A stretch of DNA of 64,000 nt. It comes from a virus. Where the stretch lies: the IMG/VR virus record IMGVR_UViG_3300046096_000285, positions 9,795-73,794 of that record. One strand, written 5' to 3'. Numbering within the stretch: position 1 is the stretch's first letter; every line of letters starts with the position of its first letter. The notes under the pieces are model-generated. The model worked only from the letters and a program-made list of their open reading frames with translations. It made no database searches and had not been told where the DNA came from. Below are positions 41,834 through 49,721 of this stretch, one piece after another. A program made the translations under genes and the position numbers.

Positions 41834-41870
41834 TTTCACCAGGACGCCCCTCGGCAGAAATGCCGGGGGG

Positions 41871-41921
41871 TTTTCCACAGCCTGTGGAAAGTTATCCACA
41901 GACTTATCCACATGTGGATAA
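41871..41921. promoter_or_regulatory. Cluster of five DnaA boxes
   Basis: TTTTCCACA 41871, TGTGGAAAG 41883, TTATCCACA 41892, TTATCCACA 41904, TGTGGATAA 41913. Confidence 0.85.
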
Positions 41922-42066
41922 CTTTTTTTGGAGAGGTCTATTCATTTTTTCGTCAAACGACACGCACTTACGGAGACGATTTGACAGCTGCCAAAAACCC
42001 GAGTAGGCTTACTAATGTAATCAGGAAGCCAAGGGGGCGGAGGGTTACTGAAGGGGTGGGGTTCCA

Positions 42067-42405
42067 ATGGGACTTCTTATCAGCGTGTATCGGTCGGACT
42101 ACGACAGCAAGGCAAATGTTTTCCACGGAAAGCGTCAGCTAGTTCTCGTGAATGTCGAAGGGCCATTCCAGCCATCAGACAACGCACCAGCTGCCAAGTT
42201 GGTTCAGGGTCACGGTAAGACCGCAATCATCGTGCCAGCGGACGAAGGCTTTGACGGCGTTCAGATGAACGGCGGAACTTACGGCTCAACCAGCGACAGT
42301 CGCTTTCAGCGAGCCGTAGAGGGACTAGTCGGAGTCTCACACTTTGCGGTGGCAATCCACGACCGTCGTGAGTCGTGGGCGGAATACGAGCAGTTCAGCC
42401 AGTAG
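42067..42405 (+). CDS. Hypothetical phage protein
   Basis: M.GG.Y..TSDSRF...IHDR.E motif. Confidence 0.7.
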   Translation: MGLLISVYRSDYDSKANVFHGKRQLVLVNVEGPFQPSDNAPAAKLVQGHGKTAIIVPADEGFDGVQMNGGTYGSTSDSRFQRAVEGLVGVSHFAVAIHDRRESWAEYEQFSQ

Positions 42406-42560
42406 GCAACCAAGCGAAAGGCTCACCCGAAGGGGTGGGCTTTTTTCTTGCTCGTTAGTCTATTCATTTTTTCATCCGGATGCGGGGAAGCTTGCGCGGT
42501 TCGTTGGAAGTTGGTAAAGTTGGAGTATCAACCAGATTGGTTGAAGATAAGGGGCTTCAA

Positions 42561-42908
42561 ATGGAAAAGATTGGTTTGGTAGTGGACTCGGAGTTCACCG
42601 CGTCTGTGACCAGGTTGTCACTCAAGGAACTACAAGCTGCGGTCGATGGTCTGATTCAGCCGATTGACATTCGCGAGGGCTTGACTATGTGGGTAAACGA
42701 GGAGTTCTTGTTTCGCTCAGAACCAGACGCAAACGTTTTGGCTAGTGCGTTCTTCGCTGAGGCTGGTGGAAAGTATGACATCCACGGAACTGTCGTCTTC
42801 ACTGGTGGCACGGATGAGGATGGCAACACTCTCGGGCTGTCAGACGAGCACCGCGAGTTAGTGGAGTCGCTCTGTAAGTTCGGGATTGGCGTTCGCGAAA
42901 TGGCTTAG
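42561..42908 (+). CDS. DUF3846-like protein
   Basis: L.ELQ.AV.G.I....MWVNEE......N..A.....I.G.VVF.G. Confidence 0.75.
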   Translation: MEKIGLVVDSEFTASVTRLSLKELQAAVDGLIQPIDIREGLTMWVNEEFLFRSEPDANVLASAFFAEAGGKYDIHGTVVFTGGTDEDGNTLGLSDEHRELVESLCKFGIGVREMA

Positions 42909-43080
42909 ATTTCAAAAAAGGAAAGTCCGGCTTCGGTCGGGCTTTTTCTTTTTCTCGGGGCTATTCATTTTTTCCTTCAGCTCGCAGACAACACACGGAA
43001 GTTCGTGGGAAGTTGCGTAGGCAGGGCGTTTCGATTAGGCTTAGGTCATAAGCCAAATGGTTTGGCGAAAGGGGATTCAA

Positions 43081-43314
43081 ATGGCAACCAAGAACGCGAA
43101 CGCAGATTTCGTTTTCGAACTCGTTATGAAGATGGCGGGCGGGGCGGACAAGTATTCAATCCACACTCAGGGCGCAATCTGGGCTGAGTGTCAGCGCAAC
43201 TCATCACTACAAACGCTAGCGGGAATGTATCTCGTTGGTTCATCAGCACGCGCAGAGAACAACCTAAAGAAGTTGCGCTCTGCCGTTTACTCAACATTCC
43301 TAGAGAGGAACTAA
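43081..43314 (+). CDS. Hypothetical protein
   Basis: AAGGGGATTCAAATG start. Confidence 0.6.
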   Translation: MATKNANADFVFELVMKMAGGADKYSIHTQGAIWAECQRNSSLQTLAGMYLVGSSARAENNLKKLRSAVYSTFLERN

Positions 43315-43316
43315 TA

Positions 43317-43544
43317 ATGGCAATGTCATACGGAGAGCGTAAAGCGCAAGCAATCGCTAGGCGTAATGCGGAACTACTCACGCGAGATTCTATGTTGGAG
43401 ATTCGCAGTATTCTAAGTCCAATGCCCTACGCGCCTAAGTCGGTGCTAGAGGGCGTGCCGTTCGTAATAGAGAACTTGACCCCAATGGAATTAGATGTGG
43501 AGTTCGTGGGCGACACAATCACAATCAAAGAAGCGGTGCGCTAA
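43317..43544 (+). CDS. Hypothetical protein
   Basis: GAGG RBS, coupled. Confidence 0.55.
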   Translation: MAMSYGERKAQAIARRNAELLTRDSMLEIRSILSPMPYAPKSVLEGVPFVIENLTPMELDVEFVGDTITIKEAVR

Positions 43545-44325
43545 TGCGGGCGTGGCACTTGCTCAAGTATCGAACTTGGCGCGTGGTCGGTTCGCTGGCG
43601 TTCGGTCTGTATCACCGCTCTGCTCAATGGTCTCACGAAGCGTTCGTGCGGGCTGGCAAGTCTGGTGCGGACAATGACTAGGGGCGAGAGTCTGGCTGTT
43701 CTTTTACGCTCGGTGGCTGGCGGTCTGGGATTTGTCTGGCTGTTTGGTTTTGCCGTTGGCTGGCAAGACCCTGTATCGCCGTTCGTTGTTTCCACACTTG
43801 CCGTTGGATTCTTGTGGGGTGCGTGGCGCGTGGGTCGTTAGTGACCCCGCGTTCGCGCTTGCGTGCGGACTATTCATTTTTTCCCTAATCCCCCTGCGGG
43901 CACACGGATGATTTGACTTTCATTTGCGGAGTAGGGTAGGCTAGTCGTAGACCAGCCAAGGGGGCTGGGGAGAGGGGCATCATGATTCACATCTTCTGTG
44001 CGGACTGCGACGGCTGGGACTCGTTCCCATCTGGCGGGTCACACAACTGCGAGACCGTCGAGTTCGTTACCAACCCATCCGCTGGGTTCATCGGTGGCGA
44101 CTGCTGGTTCGGGGACGACTCGGACTACTAGGCGAAAGCCTAGCCAACCCCTCACCTTCGGGTGGGGGGTTTCTTTCTGTTCGTGAGAAGTTGTCTGTGC
44201 GGGAGTGCTATTCATTTTTTCCCTAGGCGACACGCTTGCGGGGGGTATGATTTGACTTTGCCGGAGGATGTGTTAGGCTAGTCCTAGGACAAGCCAAAGG
44301 GGCTTGCCAGAAAAGGGGATTCAAA

Positions 44326-44496
44326 ATGTTCGGTCAGACTTTCTCAGGAATCGAAATCACTGTTCGCGAAGCAAACGGCTCAATCGTATGTGCGCCAACC
44401 TACGAAGCACACACCACGGCGAAGCAGTTGGAACTTATCAACGCAACCAAAGCAATGCTTACCGCTGGTCGCTCAATCACTTGGCGTTTGTTCTAA
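44326..44496 (+). CDS. Small hypothetical protein (56 aa)
   Basis: AAGGGGATTCAAAATG start; fills cassette. Confidence 0.6.
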   Translation: MFGQTFSGIEITVREANGSIVCAPTYEAHTTAKQLELINATKAMLTAGRSITWRLF

Positions 44497-44802
44497 GCCA
44501 ACTTCCAACGAAGCCCGTCACCTCGGTGGCGGGTTTTGTTTTGCCCTGTGGGTCTATTCATTTTTTCGTCAAGTCGGGCATGCGGGTGACACGATTTGAT
44601 TCGCGCACCGTAAAGTGCTAAGCTCATGGGTAGAGCTTCAAAGGGGGGCTCAATAGTTCAAAGGGGTATTTATGTTTGGGTTCAACGAGTGCGCACACTC
44701 TGAGTCGGAATCGTATGGCACTAGCCAGATTCATTGGGATGACCGCTCTGCGGGTATCGGCTGGGTTCAAGCTCCGTGCGCTGAGTGCGGGGAATCGCTA
44801 AC

Positions 44803-45564
44803 ATGGGTTATCAACGCATGAGCGCCCTGCTAGCAACCCGCGAGACTACTGCGGGCATTATCGCGGGGATGCTTACCGAAAACACTGGTCGGAGCTTCCT
44901 AGACTCTGGGGGTGAATCGGGACGTGCGTGGCAGAGAAACGCGGGCATGACCGTGGCAGACTTTGAAGCCCGCCCTGCGGGTACCTATGACGCTGAGTAT
45001 GAGACGCTTACGGTAGACACATTCCATTACTTGAATGAGCTACTAACCTTTGACGCTGAGCGCACTGCGGAATGGGTGACCTTTGACGCTGAGCGGTCGC
45101 ACCTATCGTGGGGCGAAACTTTGGATGAATGGCTTGACACTCTAGGCGTCCCTGCCGAAGGGGGTGGGGATTTTTACTCTAACGCGCGATGGGGATTCAA
45201 CAGCTACAACTTTGATGGGTGTTTGCTGAGCTCCACGATTCAGGGCGTCAAGTTTGTCTCTGCGGGCACTGAGTACCTAGCCCTTCAGATTCATGGCGGG
45301 GCTGACGTGCGGGGCGGTTACACGGCATTCAAGATTTTCACTGGAGACATTGAATCAGTGATTCTCGGGACTACTCGCGCAACCCTGCGATGCCCTGAGT
45401 GCGACTTTTATGCGGGCTACTCCGATGGCATGTTGGAAGATTACTACCTAGGTGACGCGCTAGCTGACCCGAACATGTTGATTGAGATGGATGTGCCTAC
45501 GGAGCTCCCTGCGGGATGGGCAATCTCTGACGGTTGCCCTTTGCATAAGGTCGCTCTGGTTTAG
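44803..45564 (+). CDS. Hypothetical phage protein
   Basis: MLTENTG..FLDSGG..GR.WQRN, FNSYN, LQIHGGADVRGGYT. Confidence 0.75.
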   Translation: MGYQRMSALLATRETTAGIIAGMLTENTGRSFLDSGGESGRAWQRNAGMTVADFEARPAGTYDAEYETLTVDTFHYLNELLTFDAERTAEWVTFDAERSHLSWGETLDEWLDTLGVPAEGGGDFYSNARWGFNSYNFDGCLLSSTIQGVKFVSAGTEYLALQIHGGADVRGGYTAFKIFTGDIESVILGTTRATLRCPECDFYAGYSDGMLEDYYLGDALADPNMLIEMDVPTELPAGWAISDGCPLHKVALV

Positions 45565-45733
45565 CTCTACTCGGGAACCCCTGCTTCGGCGGGGGTTTTC
45601 GCATGTGCGGGGGAGCTATTCATTTTTTCCTGCTCTGCAACGAGTGCGGGCGTGATTTGACAAGTTTCGAATAGCTGATAGGATTTAGTCATAACTAAAT
45701 AGCTCCAATTAACCGACAACCAAAGGGGACAAC

Positions 45734-45976
45734 ATGTCAACAGCAACAACTACCGCTAGCTTCTTCGTGCTAGCCGTCTCAACCAAGGGTGAGCTGCGCT
45801 TCACCCGTGGCAACAGCTTCGTTACTCGCGGTGCTGCAACCTTCGAAGCTTCTCAGAGCAACAAGCTCACTGAGCACCTTCGTGCTCAGGGATGGGACAC
45901 TAGCTACAAAGTGTTCTCTGCCGATGAGCTCAACGCCCTGGGTGCGCTAGGTATTCGCATCGGTGAAGCCTACTAG
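45734..45976 (+). CDS. Hypothetical protein
   Basis: Last motif-bearing cassette. Confidence 0.6.
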   Translation: MSTATTTASFFVLAVSTKGELRFTRGNSFVTRGAATFEASQSNKLTEHLRAQGWDTSYKVFSADELNALGALGIRIGEAY

Positions 45977-46102
45977 GCACACGCTCAAAGATGACCCCGC
46001 CATCGTGCGGGGTTTTCTTTTTGCTCAGGGGTTGCATTTATCTTGCGGGGCATGTATGATTGACTTATCAAGTCAAGGTGACTTGGAGATAAGGGGTTCA
46101 AA

Positions 46103-46315
46103 ATGAAAACACGTAACGCACGCGCATGGAGCGCAATCTTTATTCTTGGCATGGCAGTAGTCGGCGCGGTCGACTTGAACAACATCCAATCAGCTGACGA
46201 TGCCAGTGAATTCTTTGGGTACGTTGTCGCTGTAGACGTGGCCATGTTTGCGGTAGGCCTAGCCCTGTTCGCCTACAACATCGCAACCTTCAAGCGTTCA
46301 AAGGTAGGTGCATAA
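46103..46315 (+). CDS. Two-TM membrane protein
   Basis: TTGCAT-17-TATGAT promoter; GATAAGGGG RBS. Confidence 0.6.
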   Translation: MKTRNARAWSAIFILGMAVVGAVDLNNIQSADDASEFFGYVVAVDVAMFAVGLALFAYNIATFKRSKVGA

Positions 46316-46548
46316 TGACGCACGCGGTGTTGATTGAAGATGCACTTACGGGTGACCTTCTTGACCTTCGTTACTACTGCTCTGATTCATGCGCTCAGGA
46401 TGACGTGGCCTACTCAGGATGGAATGGCTGCATTGAGCTCATGTTTGGGCAAGTGTGTGAGCGTGAAGGGTGTGAGAGCATCCTGCATGGCGTGAGCGAG
46501 TGTGTCTGCTCTGACGCTTCGTGTGTCGGGTCTCTGATAGACGTCTAG
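46315..46548 (+). CDS. Cys-rich small protein
   Basis: YCSDSC and further Cys; TAATG coupling. Confidence 0.55.
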   Translation: MTHAVLIEDALTGDLLDLRYYCSDSCAQDDVAYSGWNGCIELMFGQVCEREGCESILHGVSECVCSDASCVGSLIDV

Positions 46549-47513
46549 CCCCTAAGCATCCACGTTAGCCCCTAGCTCAGTGCTAGGGGTTTTCGTATGT
46601 CTGCGGGCACCTTATCCCTGCGGTGACCTTATAGGGGCGTCTCAGGGCGTATAGCCCCCTGCGGTGACAACTATCCTGCGCTCAGGGTTGCACGCTCTGC
46701 CACGGGTCTCTCTAGCCACGTGTGCCCCTATGCACTAGCGGGCGGGGTGTAGCTAGCTCATGCTCATGAGTAGGTTGGTACCTAGGCATGGGCATGCTTA
46801 TCACTGGAGATTCTGAGCATGACCTTTGTCTAGCCATGACCGGGCGCGTGAGCTATCGATTGATGAGAGCATGAACAACAAGCAACCCTTCATGGGTAGC
46901 CGCTAGCGAGACGGGCATTAGGCGTGTGCATGAACACCTAGGCATGATAGGCAGCCATAGAATCCATGAGCGTGCTCACCTTGTCGCTCACGTGGCTAGG
47001 GGTTGTTGGCGTAGGGTGTAGGATAGGCATGCTTCTCAAACGGGCATGTATCAATTTGGAAAACATGCTTGACTTTGGTCGCGGGTTATGGTAGACTACT
47101 CCATCTTTTGGCGTGACGGACGGTGCTCCACGGCCGATTCAGGAAACGTTTCGAGAGGGGTCGATTTATAGCTGCTGCCCTCTCGCACCCCAAAAGCATT
47201 TCAACGTCAACCTTACCCTAGTGCCGTCGGTTGTCAAATTCCTCCTTGAATTCTCCTACCTTAGACGCCCCTATTTCTAAAATCCCCCTCCACAAATTTT
47301 CAAAAAATACGTCCCAAGTTGCATCACGACCAAAAATCCGACATAATAGACGCAGTTATTGTGCTACCATATTTAAACGGGAGCGCATTCAGCCACTAAA
47401 AGGTTGGATGTGCTTTTTTGCATCTCTGACAAGTACCACCCACAATTAAATAAGAAACACCAAGACAAGAAACAGCTGAGTACTAACTCTCACCAGGAAA
47501 GGTAGGCTGCCTA

Positions 47514-48131
47514 ATGAAATGGATTTCATTTCTACTCACCGCATCAACCGCAGTAGGAGCCCCAATGGCCCCAGATCTGTCTGATGCAGCTCTAGTAGAG
47601 CAAATTTCTACAAATACAATGACAATAAGCACCTCCGCTACACCAAAGCAGCTATCTAGTGCAAACTTTTTAGCTAATCTGCCAGCCCTAAAGGCTAAGC
47701 AGACACTCCTTGAGCAGCAGGCAGCCCATGCGCAGCTAGTTGAGCTCAATAACCAGAAGATGGCTACCGCCCTAGAACGTCTCAAAAAGACTGTTGGGCA
47801 CACATGGTACGCCTTCTCCGGTGCCTCTCCCTCAGGTTGGGACTGTTCAGGCCTCGTTGTCTGGACTTATGAGCAGGTTGGAACCTCTCTGGAGCACCGA
47901 GCCACTCTCCAAGCCAATACCGGCGTTCAGACCACCTCACCACTGCCAGGCGATATTGTTGCCTTCACGTATAAGGGATCTAACTCCGCATATCACGTTG
48001 GCATTTATATTGGAGACGGTAAAATGATCCACGCCCCTAAAAAGGGCCATGTTACTGCCATTGAAGATATTGGAACCTTCGGCGGAAACTACTCCATCAT
48101 TGAATTCAGGCGTATCCTTACGCGTGAATAA
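47514..48131 (+). CDS. Secreted NlpC/P60 peptidase
   Basis: Signal peptide; GWDCSGLV, PGDIV.F, HVGIYIGDGKMIHA. Confidence 0.92.
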   Translation: MKWISFLLTASTAVGAPMAPDLSDAALVEQISTNTMTISTSATPKQLSSANFLANLPALKAKQTLLEQQAAHAQLVELNNQKMATALERLKKTVGHTWYAFSGASPSGWDCSGLVVWTYEQVGTSLEHRATLQANTGVQTTSPLPGDIVAFTYKGSNSAYHVGIYIGDGKMIHAPKKGHVTAIEDIGTFGGNYSIIEFRRILTRE

Positions 48132-48241
48132 CCACCTCTAAGGTAAGCCAACCAAGCATTGCCTACCAGAAGTAAAGTCCTAGGGCCGACTATAAAGGGC
48201 CCTATTTCCATTCCCCGGGCAACATATGCTATGATAACCTC

Positions 48242-48460
48242 ATGATGACTACACAAGACAAGTATTACTACGTTCTACTAGGCGTATTGCTCACGCTTTC
48301 CCTAGTATCTATCGCCATTTCCGCCTATTATCTGGCCCATCACTATGCCCGAAAGAGGCTAGCTGCCCTCCAAAAGAAGCACATTTCCGCCCTTTTAGGC
48401 GTAGCTTCCCCAGAAACTATCAAATACCTAGCCAAAAAGGATAAAAATGCCCGTTTTTAA
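48242..48460 (+). CDS. Small membrane protein
   Basis: One TM helix. Confidence 0.5.
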   Translation: MMTTQDKYYYVLLGVLLTLSLVSIAISAYYLAHHYARKRLAALQKKHISALLGVASPETIKYLAKKDKNARF

Positions 48461-48644
48461 CCCTCTAGTAGTACTTTTGACCGTATTTTCAGCGATTGCG
48501 CTTATTCTCGTTTTGCTTTTTCTAGCAGCAGCGTTTATAGTGTCTATAACGCCATTTGGCGACTACGACAACGACCCTCACGGAGGATTGCTTCTAGATG
48601 GAGAAGACTTTGACAATAAAGCTACAGCTTCACAGCGCCGATGA
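48447..48644 (+). CDS. Small membrane protein
   Basis: One long TM helix. Confidence 0.5.
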   Translation: MPVFNPLVVLLTVFSAIALILVLLFLAAAFIVSITPFGDYDNDPHGGLLLDGEDFDNKATASQRR

Positions 48645-48879
48645 GCTAAGGGAGTCGCTCCCAACCAGCGGTGTATTCGACATGTTCGACTGCACAATCC
48701 GCATCAGCTATCCAATTGAGGCTACAACCGAAGAATTAGAGCGAATGGTTACGATTCTTGAGTCTGTAATCAACGTTCAGCGTCTAGAGACCCAGATTAA
48801 TCTCGAAGACAATGAGTTCCGCTTCGAAATCACCGAGGTTCCAGCAGATTTCACCCGCAACCGCCGCAAGTTTACTTAA
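48598..48879 (+). CDS. Hypothetical protein
   Basis: GGAGG RBS. Confidence 0.5.
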   Translation: MEKTLTIKLQLHSADELRESLPTSGVFDMFDCTIRISYPIEATTEELERMVTILESVINVQRLETQINLEDNEFRFEITEVPADFTRNRRKFT

Positions 48880-48941
48880 TTTGACATCCACCAACCCACC
48901 AGATACACTTCAAGTACCAAATAACGACAAAGGACCACGAA

Positions 48942-49535
48942 ATGACTACCGAAATCAACTACGTTAAGAAGAATCAAGAGCTTCCAGCTGAAATCAAGGA
49001 AGTTTTTGACACTCTTGTTTCAAACGAAGGTCGCGATCGCCTCATTCGAGAGCTCCGCCACAAGCAGTGGACCCTTGAGGCTATTGCAGTAGCCTCTGGA
49101 CTCACCCGAGAGCGTGTTCGACAGATCTCTAAGCTAACTCCGGAGGCCCCAGAGCCGGATATCTCAGAGATTATCGACATTCCTACTCCGCCAATCAAGG
49201 CAGAGCGTCCAAAGCCGGTTTACATTGAGCCATCAGAGAAGGTTCTTGCTCGGCTTCTAGAGCTTCAGCCTTACGCACAGCTAGTTCGCTCCAATGGAAT
49301 CAAGTACCGCGCAGAAGCAGAGGAATATACCTCGCTACTGAACTACGCACACACTGTTGAGGGTGTAACCCTCTACCGTTTGGCAAAGCGTCTCGGCGTA
49401 ACTCACGGTGCACTACGTTTCCGCCTTGTCCGCTACGGCTACAAGACTCCAGTTACTGCTACCTCTAAGGTTTACACTCCAATTGTTGCCGAGAACCGCG
49501 CCAAGGAGTATGACTGGGAAGCACTAGTTAAGTGA
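48942..49535 (+). CDS. Double-HTH DNA-binding protein (sigma region 4-like first HTH)
   Basis: TLEAIA...GLTRERVRQI; TLYRLAKRLGVT. Confidence 0.75.
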   Translation: MTTEINYVKKNQELPAEIKEVFDTLVSNEGRDRLIRELRHKQWTLEAIAVASGLTRERVRQISKLTPEAPEPDISEIIDIPTPPIKAERPKPVYIEPSEKVLARLLELQPYAQLVRSNGIKYRAEAEEYTSLLNYAHTVEGVTLYRLAKRLGVTHGALRFRLVRYGYKTPVTATSKVYTPIVAENRAKEYDWEALVK

Positions 49536-49721
49536 TGCCACTACGTCTACCAGGATTCCGACACTATAACTTGCGTAAGCAGGGAAATAGGACCGTTTAC
49601 TACGGAATCCTATTAGACGCTTTCAAAACTACCAAGCAGACCAAGCGCTACTACACGCTAGACATCTATCTCGGACATCACCTTTACGTTGTGTTCTGGG
49701 GAAACAGGGTAAACTAGGCAC

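Larger units (their letters stand above)
28593..45629 (+). repeat. 22 perfect copies of 13-bp TATTCATTTTTTC, all intergenic and co-oriented
   Basis: Starts: 28593, 28614, 33375, 34526, 35108, 36197, 36757, 37213, 37796, 38538, 39081, 39590, 40291, 40744, 41378, 41939, 42461, 42962, 43871, 44209, 44555, 45617. Confidence 0.96.

Noticed and set aside
28593-45629. CRISPR array
   Set aside because: Repeat is only 13 bp, spacing is 0.3-4.8 kb and contains genes; no cas genes
34074-45749. Minus-strand ORFs containing EKMN/KKMN
   Set aside because: Artefact of the reverse complement of the 13-mer supplying an ATG; they overlap better plus-strand genes
28593-46548. Classical integron
   Set aside because: No attC R/L boxes, no integrase in the window, and cassettes have their own promoters
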